DNA of 64,000 nt from an uncultured Ottowia sp. (GTDB lineage Bacteria > Pseudomonadota > Gammaproteobacteria > Burkholderiales > Burkholderiaceae_C). The position numbers were made by a program, and so were the translations under genes. The stretch covers positions 28,090 through 92,089 of the forward strand of contig CAZHSD010000005.1 of the NCBI GenBank assembly GCA_964534975.1, written 5' to 3'. This document shows positions 33,077 to 43,139 of the stretch, piece by piece; the first letter of the stretch is position 1, and each line of letters begins with the position of its first letter. The notes under the pieces are model-generated. The model saw only the letters and a list, made by a program, of their open reading frames with translations, ran no database searches and was not told the origin of the DNA.

Positions 33077-34948
33077 CTACTTGCCGATCGCGTCCTGGAT
33101 CGCCTTCATCGGGTCGTCCGGTTCGCCGCCGACCGGCCCGGTGGCGCCGCTGCTGTCACCCACGCCGGGTAGGCCGCCGTGCTCACCGGCCGGGGCTGGT
33201 GGCTCGGCAGCAGGCGTCGGGCTGGAGCCCGCGTTGCCGTCGGGAGCCGGGATGCCGAACAGCGGCGGTGCCGAGTGGAAGTCCGGGCTTTGATCGCTCT
33301 CGTTGAGATCCTGCAGCATCTGCTCGCCCACCGCCTTCATGTCGACCTTGATTTCCTCGTCCAGGCCGCCGGTCACCAGCACCGGGAAGGCGATCAGCAC
33401 CGCCACCATGACCAGCTGCAGCACCAGGAAGGGGATCGCGCCCTTGTAGATCTGCATCGTCGTGACCGGCTCCATGGTCTTGCCGGTGTGGCTGTCCACA
33501 TAGGGTTTCTCGGGCGCGACCGAGCGCAGGTAGAACAGCGCGAAGCCGAACGGCGGATGCAGGAACGAAGTCTGCATGTTCACCGCCAGCAGCACGCCGA
33601 ACCAGACCAGGTCGATCCCCATTTTCTCGGCGATTGGCGCCAGCACCGGCACGACGATGAACGACAGCTCGAAGAAATCGAGGAAGAACGCCAGCACGAA
33701 CACCATGACGTTCACGAAGATCAGAAAGCCCAGCTGCCCGCCCGGCAGCTTGGCCAGCAGGTGTTCGACCCAGATCGGCCCGTCGGCGGCCTGGAACACC
33801 ATGCTGAAGATGGTGGCGCCGATCAGGATGAACATCACGAAGGACGCCAGCTTGGTGGTGGTGTCGAGCGCCTGGCGCAGGAGCTTCCAGCTCAGGCGCC
33901 TGCGCATGGTCGCCATGATCAGCGCGCCCATGGCGCCCATGGCGCCGCCTTCGGTGGGGGTGGCGACGCCGAGAAAGATGGTGCCGAGCACCAGGAAGAT
34001 CAGCAGCAGCGGCGGGATCAGCACGAAGGTCACGCGCTCGGCCAGTTTGGACAGCAGCCCCAGGTGCGTGACGCGGTTGACCATCGCGACCAGCCAGGCG
34101 AAGAAGCTGCCGCCGCACATGGCGACGACGATCTTCTCGTCGGTCGGCACGAAGCTGACTTCCTCGCCTTCCCACCAGGTGTGGATGGCGGGCATCTCGT
34201 GGCCCAGCCACAGCGCCACCGCGGTCGAGAGCACCGCCAGCACCGCGAGCGAAAGATAGCCCGAGTGGCCATTGGGTTCGCGGAAGGTGCGCGCCTCGGG
34301 CGGCAGCGCCGGCACCGTCGTCGGCTTGAAGATCGCCAGCGCCAGGATCCACAGGATGTACAGCCCCATCAGCATGAAACCCGGCACGAAGGCGCCCTTG
34401 TACATGTCGCCCACGCTCTTGCCCATCTGGTCGGCCAGCACGATCAGCACCAGCGAGGGCGGGATGATCTGCGCCAGCGTGCCGGAGGCCGCGATGGCGC
34501 CGCTGGCGAGGCTGCGGCTGTAGCCGTAGCGCAGCATGATGGGCATCGAGATCAGGCCCATCGAGATCACCGACGCGGCGACCACGCCGGTGGTGGCCGC
34601 GAGCATGGCGCCGACCAGCACCACCGCCAGCGCCAGGCCGCCGCGCAAGGGGCCGAAGACCTGACCGACCGTGTCCAGCAGGTCCTCGGCCATGCCGCTG
34701 CGCTCGAGGATCAGGCCCATCAGGGTGAAGAACGGCACCGCCAGCAGCGTCTCGTTGGCCATGATGCCGATCAGGCGCAGCGGCAGCACCGACAGGATCG
34801 CCGATGGAAAGACGTCGAGGTAAACCCCAAGCAGGGCGAAGGTGAGGCCGGCGGCGCCCAGGGAGAAGGCAACCGGAAAGCCCAGGATCAGGAAACAGAT
34901 CAGCCCGACGAACATGATCGGGGCGAAGTTGGACGCGATGAATCCCAT
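33077..34948 (-). CDS. TRAP large permease with extra TM insert and Pro/acidic tail
   Basis: GFPVAFSL, LLAVPFF, SGTLAQIIPPS, QTSFLHPPFGFALFYL. Confidence 0.95.
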   Translation of the reverse strand: MGFIASNFAPIMFVGLICFLILGFPVAFSLGAAGLTFALLGVYLDVFPSAILSVLPLRLIGIMANETLLAVPFFTLMGLILERSGMAEDLLDTVGQVFGPLRGGLALAVVLVGAMLAATTGVVAASVISMGLISMPIMLRYGYSRSLASGAIAASGTLAQIIPPSLVLIVLADQMGKSVGDMYKGAFVPGFMLMGLYILWILALAIFKPTTVPALPPEARTFREPNGHSGYLSLAVLAVLSTAVALWLGHEMPAIHTWWEGEEVSFVPTDEKIVVAMCGGSFFAWLVAMVNRVTHLGLLSKLAERVTFVLIPPLLLIFLVLGTIFLGVATPTEGGAMGAMGALIMATMRRRLSWKLLRQALDTTTKLASFVMFILIGATIFSMVFQAADGPIWVEHLLAKLPGGQLGFLIFVNVMVFVLAFFLDFFELSFIVVPVLAPIAEKMGIDLVWFGVLLAVNMQTSFLHPPFGFALFYLRSVAPEKPYVDSHTGKTMEPVTTMQIYKGAIPFLVLQLVMVAVLIAFPVLVTGGLDEEIKVDMKAVGEQMLQDLNESDQSPDFHSAPPLFGIPAPDGNAGSSPTPAAEPPAPAGEHGGLPGVGDSSGATGPVGGEPDDPMKAIQDAIGK

Positions 34949-34966
34949 GGTGTGCTGCTCCGGCGC

Positions 34967-35572
34967 TCAGTGGTTCTGCGCCGGGGCAGTGGTGCGGGCC
35001 TGGTCGCGCAGGGCCTCGATCAGGGCCTCTTCGTCGGAGGACGCGTCGGGCTTGATGGTCGGGTCAGGCCCCAGCCCGCGCATGAAGGCGATGCACTTGA
35101 TCAGCTCCGACCAGCCCTGCAGCAGCAGCAGCACGAAGCCCAGCGGCAGCGCCAGCCAGACCGGCCAGCGGATCAGGCCGCCGGGGTTGTTCGACATTTC
35201 GCCGCTGGCGATCATCTGCATCGTCATCGGGATGACGTAGTACAGCACCATCAGGCAGACCGGCGTGAGAAAGAAGACCAGGCCGAGGATCTCGATGGCG
35301 AGCTGCAGCCTCTTGGGGAAGTGGCTGTTCAGCACGTCGATGCGCACGTGCTCGCGCTTGAGCAGCGTGTAGCCGGCGGCGATCAGGAAGGACCAGGCGA
35401 ACAGGTACCACTGCACCTCGAGAAAGCCGTTCGAGCTGTAGTTGAAGGCCTTGCGCACCACGGCGTTGAGCGCGCTGATGAAGGTGGCGGCAAAAATGGC
35501 CCAGATGATGTATTTGCCCACCTGGGTGTTGAGCCAGTCGATGGCCCTGGATAGCTTGAGCAGCGCCTGCAT
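34967..35572 (-). CDS. TRAP small permease
   Basis: EVQWYLF, EHVRIDV, NPGGL. Confidence 0.93.
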   Translation of the reverse strand: MQALLKLSRAIDWLNTQVGKYIIWAIFAATFISALNAVVRKAFNYSSNGFLEVQWYLFAWSFLIAAGYTLLKREHVRIDVLNSHFPKRLQLAIEILGLVFFLTPVCLMVLYYVIPMTMQMIASGEMSNNPGGLIRWPVWLALPLGFVLLLLQGWSELIKCIAFMRGLGPDPTIKPDASSDEEALIEALRDQARTTAPAQNH

Positions 35573-35715
35573 CGGGATCTCCGTGGTCTGTCTGTCTTGT
35601 CGGGTGGCCGCGCGTCGGCACGATCGGTGGACATGCGCGCGACACCTTCACATCGGCGTTTTGAGGCGCGAAGTGTGGGCGATTTTAATGAAGCTGCCGC
35701 CGCAGCAGGAGCGGG

Positions 35716-36843
35716 CTATCCCGCACGCCGGCGCTCGGATGCCGGTTTGGCGCGGGCGTACTTCCACCAGGGCAGCACCCGCGCCATCGATCGCACCTCG
35801 CCACCGTGCGAGCTGCGATAGCCGGGCAGCGCGTGCAGCACCTGCTGCCAGGCGGCGCTGGCCAGGATCTGCCGCAAGGCCGCCACCGGCGGGGTCTCCA
35901 GCGCCGACTTCAGGCACACCAGGTGGTAGTCCTCTTCCACCAGCGGCACGAAATCGAGCCCGCGCGCGCGCGCCGCAGCCTCGATGCCCAGGCCGAGGTC
36001 GGCCTGGCCGGCGGCCACCGTCTGCGCCACGGCGGCGTGCGAGGGTTCGTCGTGCCGGTAGCCCCGCACCCGTTCCGGCGCGATGCCGGCCTGCGCCAGC
36101 AACTCGTCCAGCAGCACGCGGGTGCCGGTGCCGTGTGGCCGGTTGACGAAGCGCAGCTCGGTGCGCATCAGGTCCTGGAGGCCGGCAATGCGATGTGGAT
36201 TGCCACTGGCCACCATCAGCCCCTGCGTGCGGGTGGCGAAGCCGATCAGCTTGTGCAGACCGGGTTGCAGCAGCGGCTTGTAGGTGCGCTCGGCCAGCGA
36301 GCCGACCGGCGCGTCGCGCGGGGCGTGGAAGCCGGCCATGATGCAGCGCCCCTGGTTGAGCGCCTGGATGGCGTCGACGCTGCCCATGAAGCGGATCTCC
36401 AGGTGCAGCCGCGGACGGCCGGGCACGCCGGTCACGTGGGAGCGCAGCGCGCTCAGCGCGTCGTCGTGGCTGGCGGAAAAGCGCAGCACGTGGGTGTCGT
36501 CGTCGAAGGCGACCGCGAAGCTGCGCTGCAGCTCGGCGCGCAGCGCCTCGATCTGCGGCGCCAGCCGCGCCTGCGCCTGGCGCTCGGACCACAGCAGCTT
36601 GTCGCCGAAGCTCGACAGGCGCGCCGGCTTGCCCTTTTCCCATTCCAGCAGCGGGTGGCCCAGCCGCTGCTCCCAGCGCCTGAGCTCGCCCCAGACGTGC
36701 CGATATGACAGGCCCAGCGATTCGGCCGCGCTCTTGATCGAGCCGCTGGCGCGCACCGCCTGCAGCAGGTCGATCAAGGGGTTGCGGATCAGGGCGTTGC
36801 CAGCGTCGGCGTCGAGCGAGTACGAAAGCCCAATCTGGTGCAT
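35716..36843 (-). CDS. Regulator with ModE-like HTH and C-terminal periplasmic-binding-like domain
   Basis: GSIKSAAESLGLSYRHVWG HTH; ASHD, GSVDA, FVNRPHGTGTR, ADLGLG; divergent from tupBCA. Confidence 0.88.
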   Translation of the reverse strand: MHQIGLSYSLDADAGNALIRNPLIDLLQAVRASGSIKSAAESLGLSYRHVWGELRRWEQRLGHPLLEWEKGKPARLSSFGDKLLWSERQAQARLAPQIEALRAELQRSFAVAFDDDTHVLRFSASHDDALSALRSHVTGVPGRPRLHLEIRFMGSVDAIQALNQGRCIMAGFHAPRDAPVGSLAERTYKPLLQPGLHKLIGFATRTQGLMVASGNPHRIAGLQDLMRTELRFVNRPHGTGTRVLLDELLAQAGIAPERVRGYRHDEPSHAAVAQTVAAGQADLGLGIEAAARARGLDFVPLVEEDYHLVCLKSALETPPVAALRQILASAAWQQVLHALPGYRSSHGGEVRSMARVLPWWKYARAKPASERRRAG

Positions 36844-36902
36844 GCGCCAAGTGTGCCCGATCCGCTCGCCCGGACCGCGACCAGGGCTTCGACCGCGTTT
36901 GA

Positions 36903-36920
36903 TATGCAATCATTTGCATA
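36903..36920. promoter_or_regulatory. Palindromic operator candidate between the regulator and tupB
   Basis: TATGCAA-TCAT-TTGCATA perfect inverted repeat, AT-rich in a GC-rich context. Confidence 0.65.
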
Positions 36921-36971
36921 GCTTGGAGCCCCATGGGCATGAGGGTTTGCGCAGGGTTTAGGATTCGGACC

Positions 36972-37709
36972 ATGGTGAACACCTTCGCCGACAGCGCGCA
37001 CACCGCGCTGGCTCTCATCGCCTCGTTCGACCCGACGCTGTGGACCATCGTCGCGCGCTCGCTGGCCGTCAGCGGCACCGCCTGCCTGATCGGCTACGGC
37101 ATCGGCCTGCTGGCCGGCGCCTGGCTGGGCGTGAGCCGTTTTTGCGGGCGCGGTGGCGTGCTGACGGTGCTCAACACGATGCTCGCGCTGCCTTCGGTGG
37201 TGGTCGGCCTGATGGTGTACCTGCTCTTGTCGCGCAGTGGGCCGCTGGGCTTTCTGGGCTGGATGTTCACTTTCCAGGCCATGGTGATCGCGCAGGTGGT
37301 GCTGGTGGTGCCGGTGGTGACCGCGTTGACGCGCCAGGCGGTCGAGGACGCCGACGTGCTGCACGGCGAGCAGCTCAGCTCGCTCGGCGCCAGCCGCTTC
37401 ATGCGCGGCCTGCTGCTGGCCTGGGACGAGCGCTACGCGCTGCTGACGGTGCTGATGACGGCGTTCGGCCGCGCGGTGTCGGAGGTGGGCGCGGTGATGA
37501 TCGTCGGCGGCAACATCGACGGCTTCACGCGCGTGATGACCACCGCCATCGCGCTGGAAACCAGCAAGGGCGACCTGCCGCTGGCGCTGGGCCTTGGCAT
37601 CGTGCTGCTGTCGGTGGTGCTGGCGCTGAACGCCTTGATCTCGCTGGTGCGCGGCTGGCGCGAACAGATCGATGGCGTTGCGGCCACGCGCGTGCTGGTG
37701 GCCACATGA
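36972..37709 (+). CDS. tupB: Tungstate ABC permease
   Basis: LPSVVVGL, SRSGPLG, FGRAVSEVGAVMIVGGNI, TTAIALETSKG. Confidence 0.9.
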   Translation: MVNTFADSAHTALALIASFDPTLWTIVARSLAVSGTACLIGYGIGLLAGAWLGVSRFCGRGGVLTVLNTMLALPSVVVGLMVYLLLSRSGPLGFLGWMFTFQAMVIAQVVLVVPVVTALTRQAVEDADVLHGEQLSSLGASRFMRGLLLAWDERYALLTVLMTAFGRAVSEVGAVMIVGGNIDGFTRVMTTAIALETSKGDLPLALGLGIVLLSVVLALNALISLVRGWREQIDGVAATRVLVAT

Positions 37710-38509
37710 ACGCGCCGCACGCCGCGATGCGCCTGGATGGCGCGGCCTGGCGCCAGGCGGCGTCGGCGCTGCGAGACCAGGTGGCGCTGGCGCCGCCGCT
37801 GATCTCCCTGCGTGGCATTGGCGTGCGCTTCGGCGCCGTGCAGGCGCTGCAGGACGTCACGCTGGACATCGCCGCCGGCGAGAGCGTGGCACTGATCGGC
37901 GGCAACGGCTGCGGCAAGAGCACGCTGCTGCGGGTGGTGCATGGCCTGATCGGCGCGAGCGCCGGCCAGCGGCAGGCGCCGCCGCGCCAGACCCAGGCCA
38001 TGCTGTTCCAGCGGCCCTGGATGCTGCGCACCAGCGTGCGCAACAACATCGCCATCGGCCTGTGGCTGCGCGGCGCGCCCTGGAGCCAAGCCAAGGAGCG
38101 GGCGCTGCGGGCGCTCGATCGCGTCCAGATGCGCGATCTGGCGGCGCGCAGCGCACGCGGCCTCTCGGGCGGCCAGCAGCAGCGCCTGGCGCTGGCGCGC
38201 GCCTGGGCCCAGCAGCCGCAGCTGCTGCTGCTGGACGAACCCACGGCCAGCCTGGACCCCCACGCCAAGCACGAGGTCGAGGCGCTGCTGCAGGAATTCG
38301 GCCGGCCGCCGGCCGATGGCGGACCGGCGCTGACCACGGTGTTCGCCAGCCACAACCTGGGCCAGGTCAAGCGGCTGGCGCGGCGCGTGATCTACCTGGA
38401 GCGCGGGCGCGTGCTGGCCGATCTGGCCGTGGAGCTGTTCTTCAACCCCGACGTGCTGCGCGTCGTCTCGCCCGAGGCCGATCTGTTTCTGAAAGGAGAG
38501 TTGCTATGA
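37706..38509 (+). CDS. tupC: Tungstate ABC ATPase
   Basis: GGNGCGKST, LSGGQQQR, LLDEPTASLD; ATGA-coupled to tupB. Confidence 0.88.
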   Translation: MNAPHAAMRLDGAAWRQAASALRDQVALAPPLISLRGIGVRFGAVQALQDVTLDIAAGESVALIGGNGCGKSTLLRVVHGLIGASAGQRQAPPRQTQAMLFQRPWMLRTSVRNNIAIGLWLRGAPWSQAKERALRALDRVQMRDLAARSARGLSGGQQQRLALARAWAQQPQLLLLDEPTASLDPHAKHEVEALLQEFGRPPADGGPALTTVFASHNLGQVKRLARRVIYLERGRVLADLAVELFFNPDVLRVVSPEADLFLKGELL

Positions 38510-39333
38510 GCTGGTTCCAGTCCTTCAAGCCTTCGATGGTCATCAAGTCGGCGCTGGCGGCGTCGGTGTGGGTGGCGTCGCTGGCGGCATCGGCGCAGTC
38601 GATCGTCGTCGCCTCGACCACGTCGACCGAGCAATCGGGCCTGTTCGCGCACCTGCTGCCCGAGTTCAAGCAGGCCAGCGGCATCGACGTCAAGGTGGTG
38701 GCGCTGGGCACCGGCCAGGCACTCGACACCGGCCGCCGCGGCGATGCCGACGTGGTGTTCGTGCACGACAGTCAAGCGGAGGAGAAATTCGTTGCCGACG
38801 GCTTCGGCGTCAAGCGCTATCCGGTGATGTACAACGACTTCATCCTGATCGGGCCGAAGAACGATCCGGCAGGCGCGCGCGGCAATGACATCGTCGAGGG
38901 CCTGAAGAAATTGGCCACCGCGGGCGCGCCCTTCGTCTCGCGCGGCGACAAGAGCGGCACGCACGCGGCCGAGTTGCGTTTCTGGGACCAGGCCGGCCTG
39001 AAGGATGCCAAGGGCAGCGGCTACAAGGAATGCGGCTGCGGCATGGGTCCGGCGCTGAACATGGCCGCGTCGACCGGCGCCTACGTGCTGGCCGATCGCG
39101 GCACCTGGCTCAACTTCAAGAACCGCGCCGACCTGGCGATTCTGGTCGAGGGCGACAAGCGCCTGTTCAACCAGTACGGCGTGATGGTGGTCAACCCCGC
39201 CAAGCACCCGCAGGTCAAACAGGCCGAGGCGCAGAAGTTCGTCGACTGGGTGACCTCGCCGGCCGGCCAGGCGGTGATCGCCAGCTACAAGATCGGCGGC
39301 GAGCAGCTGTTCTTTCCCAATGCCGACAAGTAG
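38506..39333 (+). CDS. tupA: Tungstate-binding protein
   Basis: ASTTSTEQSGL, GTGQAL, MYNDF, SRGDKSGTH, LFNQYG. Confidence 0.92.
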   Translation: MSWFQSFKPSMVIKSALAASVWVASLAASAQSIVVASTTSTEQSGLFAHLLPEFKQASGIDVKVVALGTGQALDTGRRGDADVVFVHDSQAEEKFVADGFGVKRYPVMYNDFILIGPKNDPAGARGNDIVEGLKKLATAGAPFVSRGDKSGTHAAELRFWDQAGLKDAKGSGYKECGCGMGPALNMAASTGAYVLADRGTWLNFKNRADLAILVEGDKRLFNQYGVMVVNPAKHPQVKQAEAQKFVDWVTSPAGQAVIASYKIGGEQLFFPNADK

Positions 39334-39418
39334 GGCGCCCGTCCGCCTGGGCCATGGCGGCGCGGGCGGGCTTGTGCCAGTGCTGCCCGCACCCGCGGGG
39401 CTGCCTGGCTGACCGGAC

Positions 39419-40173
39419 ATGCGTGCGGCCCGGCCGGTGTCGGCACCGGTGTCCGTGTACGCCGCCGGCAGCCTGCGCGAGGCGCTGAGCGCGATCGCGC
39501 GGGAACACGAGGCGGACACCGGACAGCAGATCGCGCTCACCTTCGGTGCCTCCGGCCTGCTGCGCGAGCGCATCGAGCGCGGCGAGGGCGCGCAGCTGTT
39601 CGCGTCCGCCGATACCGGGCATCCGCAGCGTCTGGCTGCCGCCGGCGGCTGGCAGGCGCCGGTGGTGTTCACTTGCAATCAGCTGTGCGCGCTGACCAGC
39701 GAGCGCATCGAGGTCACGCGGACATGCTGCTGGCGACACTGCTCGACCCCAAGGTGCGCGTCGGCACCTCGACACCCCGGGCCGACCCGTCGGGCGACTA
39801 TGCCTGGGCCTTGTTCCGCCGCGCCGAACAGCTGCAGCGCGGTGCCTACGCGGCCCTGGATGCCAAGGCGCTCAAGCTCACCGGCCACCCATCCGCACCG
39901 CAGGCACCGAAGGGCCGCGGCACCTACGCCTGGCTGATGGACGCGGGCCACGCCGATGTGTTCCTGACCTACCGCAGCAACGCCATCGCGGCGCGGAAGG
40001 AAGTGCCGCGCCTGAAGCTGGTGCCGCTGCCCGAGGCGCTGCGGGTGGGGGCCGACTACGGCCTGGGCGTTCGCCATGAGGCGCCGGCCGCGGCGCTGCA
40101 CTTTGCACGCCGCCTGCGTGAACCGCCGGCGCAGGCCGTGCTGCAGTCGCTGGGCTTTGGCGCGCCAGGCTAG
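39419..40173 (+). pseudogene. ModA-like oxyanion-binding protein, frameshifted near 39719 and lacking a clear signal peptide
   Basis: VYAAGSLREAL, FGASGLL, FASAD in one frame; TSTPRADPSGDY, VGADYGL in another. Confidence 0.85.
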
Positions 40174-40219
40174 AAGCTGGCGGCGCGGTGGCGCGGATTG
40201 CGCCTGAAATCGGAACGCG

Positions 40220-41398
40220 TCAGTCCAGCACCGCCACGCCCTTGATCTGCGCGAACAGCGCCTGGCCGGGTGCCAGCCGCAACGCCTCGGCGGACTTGCG
40301 CGTCACGCGTGCCAGCAGCGGCGTGTCGCCGGCGTCCAGCACGACCAGGGTTTGCGCCGGCCCGTCGGCGGCCAGCGAGCGCACCGTGGCCGGCACCACG
40401 TTGAGGATGCTGGAGTCGGTGGCGGGCGCCAGCGCCAGGCTGACGTCGCGCGCCTGCACGCGCAGGCGCACGCGTTCGCCCGCCCGGCGCGGCGCGTGCC
40501 CGGGCGTGTGAACGCATTGCACGCTGCCGCCGGCGAAGCCCACGTGCAGCAGCTGGTAGTCGGCATCGAGACGCTCGACCACGCCGTCGATCAGCGCGCT
40601 GGCGCCGTCGCCGTGCGCCAGCGACAGGTCGAGCCGCGTCATCAGCTCGCCCACCGGGCCTTGCGCAACCACGCGGCCGGCGTCCAGCAGCAGCATGTGA
40701 TCGGCCAGGCGCGCCACCTCGTCGAGCGAGTGCGTCACGTACAGCATCGGGATGCGCAGCTCGCGCACCACGCGCTCGAACCAGGGCAGCACCTCGGCCT
40801 TGCGCGCCGCGTCCAGCGCCGCCAGCGGCTCGTCCATCAGCAGCAGGCGCGGGCTGGTGGCCAGCGCGCGCGCGATCGCCACGCGCTGGCGCTCGCCGCC
40901 CGACAGCTGCGCCGGCCGCCGGTCCAGCAGGTGGCCGATGCCGAGCAGCTCGACCGCCTGCGCCAGCGACACCTGGCGCTTGGCCGGCGGCACGCGCCGC
41001 ATGCCGAAATCGAGATTGCGCTGCACCGTCAGGTGATCGAACAGGCTGGCTTCCTGGAATACCACGCCCAGCGGGCGCTGGTGCGTCGGAAGCCAGATGC
41101 CGGCCGCATCGTCCTGCCACACGTCGCCGGCGACGACGATGCGCCCCGGCCTGGGACGCGTCAGGCCGGCGACGGCGCGCAGCAAGGTGGTCTTGCCGCA
41201 GCCCGAGGGGCCGAACAGGACCGTGACGCCATGGCCCGGCAAGCGCACATCGACGTCGAGCGAGAAGGCCGCGCTGTAGCGGATCAGGGCGCGTGCCTGC
41301 AACGCGTCGGTGTCGGACCGGCGCGGATCCGGCGTGGCGCTGGCGCCGCCGATGACGTCGGCGATGGCCGTGGCGGCAGCGGGGTTGGGCCGGCTCAC
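40220..41398 (-). CDS. modC: Molybdate ABC ATPase
   Basis: [25 protein letters not shown]-terminal TOBE (SSILN...QIKGVA); GTG start overlapping the modB stop. Confidence 0.95.
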   Translation of the reverse strand: MSRPNPAAATAIADVIGGASATPDPRRSDTDALQARALIRYSAAFSLDVDVRLPGHGVTVLFGPSGCGKTTLLRAVAGLTRPRPGRIVVAGDVWQDDAAGIWLPTHQRPLGVVFQEASLFDHLTVQRNLDFGMRRVPPAKRQVSLAQAVELLGIGHLLDRRPAQLSGGERQRVAIARALATSPRLLLMDEPLAALDAARKAEVLPWFERVVRELRIPMLYVTHSLDEVARLADHMLLLDAGRVVAQGPVGELMTRLDLSLAHGDGASALIDGVVERLDADYQLLHVGFAGGSVQCVHTPGHAPRRAGERVRLRVQARDVSLALAPATDSSILNVVPATVRSLAADGPAQTLVVLDAGDTPLLARVTRKSAEALRLAPGQALFAQIKGVAVLD

Positions 41399-42075
41399 GG
41401 TGCTTTGCGCGCCTGCGTCAGATGCAGCATCAGCAGCACCAGGAAGCTGAACGCCAGCATGCCGCCGGCCAGCCAGTGCGCCTGCGCGTATTCCAGCGAT
41501 TCGACGTGGTCGTAGATCTGCACCGAGATGGTCCGTGTCTGGCCGGGGATGTTGCCGCCGATCATCAGCACCACGCCGAACTCGCCCAGCGTGTGCGCGA
41601 AGCCCATCACGGCGCCGGTCAGGTAGCCGGGCCGCGCCAGCGGCAGCGCCACGTGCCAGAAGGCGTCCAGCGGCCCGGCGCGCAAGGTGGCGGCGGCCTC
41701 CAGCGGGCGCTGGCCGATGGTTTCGAAGGCATTGATCAGCGGCTGCACCACGAACGGCAGCGAATAGATGATCGAGCCGATCAGCAGGCCCCAGAAGCTG
41801 AAGGAGAGCAGGCCCCAGCCCAGCGCCTGCGTGATCAGGCCCAGCGGCCCGTTCGGCCCCATCGCCACCAGCAGGTAGAAGCCCAGCACCGTGGGCGGCA
41901 GCACCAGCGGCAGCGACACCAGGGCGCGCACCGGCACCCGCAACCAGTTCCAGCGTCGCGAGCCGCGTGCGATCCACCAGGCCAGCGGCGTGCCGGCCAC
42001 CATCAGGATCAGCGTGGCCAGGATCGACAGTTCGATCGAAAGGCGGACGGCCGCCAGGCCGGTGGCATCTAGCAT
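41395..42075 (-). CDS. modB: Molybdate ABC permease
   Basis: [35 protein letters not shown]. Confidence 0.96.
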   Translation of the reverse strand: MLDATGLAAVRLSIELSILATLILMVAGTPLAWWIARGSRRWNWLRVPVRALVSLPLVLPPTVLGFYLLVAMGPNGPLGLITQALGWGLLSFSFWGLLIGSIIYSLPFVVQPLINAFETIGQRPLEAAATLRAGPLDAFWHVALPLARPGYLTGAVMGFAHTLGEFGVVLMIGGNIPGQTRTISVQIYDHVESLEYAQAHWLAGGMLAFSFLVLLMLHLTQARKAP

Positions 42076-42084
42076 GAAAGGACT

Positions 42085-42268
42085 TCGATGGCGCTCGATG
42101 AGGTCGCCGCTGCGCGGTGTCGATGCTGAAACGACGGGAGCACGGTGACCGGATGTCGTGGAAACGCGAAATTGTCGGTCATGGATTGGCGCCGGCCGGC
42201 CCGTCGTCGCCTCGGCGTCCGCCGCACGGTCATCCGCGCCGCACGGACGCGGCCCGGGTCATCGTCAT
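42085..42268. repeat. Degenerate GTCAT-anchored hairpin array between modA and modB
   Basis: GTCAT at ~42178, 42229, 42258, 42264 with GC-rich stems between; resembles elements at 50.3, 52.1 and 61.1 kb. Confidence 0.45.
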
Positions 42269-43038
42269 TTGACCTCGTAGCCGAAGCTGCGAATGAACTC
42301 CTTCGACTGCGGCGTGCGCAGCAGGTCCATCCAGGCCTTGGCAGCGGGGTTGTCCGCGGCGCGCCTGAGGATCACCGCGTCCTGGATGATCGGCGCGTGG
42401 TACTGCGCCGGCACCACCCACATCGAGCCGCCTTTCAGCTTGCCGCCGTCCAGCACCTGTGCCATCGCCACGAAGCCCAGGTCGGCGTTGCCGGTGGCGA
42501 CGAAGTTGTAGGTCTGGCCGATGCTCTCGCCGGTCACCAGCTTGGGCTGCAGCGCGGCGCTCAGGCCCAGTTTTTCCATGGCCTCGACGGCGGCGGCGCC
42601 GTAGGGCGCGTTCTTGGGGTTGGCGATGGCCAGCTTGCCGAACTGGCCCCTCTTGAGCACCTCGCCCTTGTCGTCGACCAGTCCCTGCTTGGCCGACCAC
42701 AGCACCAGCTGGCCGGTGGCGTAGGTGAAGCGCGAGCCGGGTACGGTGTCGCCTTCCTTTTCCAGCCGGATCGGACGCTCGTCGTCGGCCGCCAGCAACA
42801 CGTCGAAGGGTGCGCCCTGCTTGATCTGGGTGTAGAACCCGCCGGTGGGGCCGAACGACAGCTTGGCTTCGTGGCCGGTGGTCTTGGCGAAGATCTCGGC
42901 CAGGGCCTTGGCCGGCGCGGTGAAGTTGGCGGCCACGGCCACGTTGACGACGTCGGCGTGGGCCGTCGCGGCGGCGAGCGAGACGATCAGTGTGGCGGTC
43001 AAGCCGAGCAGGCGGCGCAGCGTGTTGGGCGGGGTCAT
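42265..43038 (-). CDS. modA: Molybdate-binding protein
   Basis: Signal peptide, VAVAANF, GAPFDVLLAAD, ANPKNAPYGAAA, GFVA, PIIQDA. Confidence 0.96.
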   Translation of the reverse strand: MTPPNTLRRLLGLTATLIVSLAAATAHADVVNVAVAANFTAPAKALAEIFAKTTGHEAKLSFGPTGGFYTQIKQGAPFDVLLAADDERPIRLEKEGDTVPGSRFTYATGQLVLWSAKQGLVDDKGEVLKRGQFGKLAIANPKNAPYGAAAVEAMEKLGLSAALQPKLVTGESIGQTYNFVATGNADLGFVAMAQVLDGGKLKGGSMWVVPAQYHAPIIQDAVILRRAADNPAAKAWMDLLRTPQSKEFIRSFGYEVK

Positions 43039-43093
43039 GAGTTTGGCTCCTCGGGGGACAGCAGGTGGAAACAGGAAAGAAGGAAGAAAGGAT

Positions 43094-43118
43094 TCGTTAT
43101 TCAAATTGAGAATAGCGA
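43094..43118. promoter_or_regulatory. ModE-type box at the modA promoter
   Basis: TCGTTATTC-N7-GAATAGCGA, adjacent to a minus-strand TACACT (-10) at 43118-43123. Confidence 0.85.
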
Positions 43119-43139
43119 GTGTAGCATCCGCTGATGAGG

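Noticed and set aside
43039..43139. Moco/Tuco riboswitch upstream of modA
   Set aside because: Leader is short and pyrimidine-rich with little structure; the ModE-type box explains regulation
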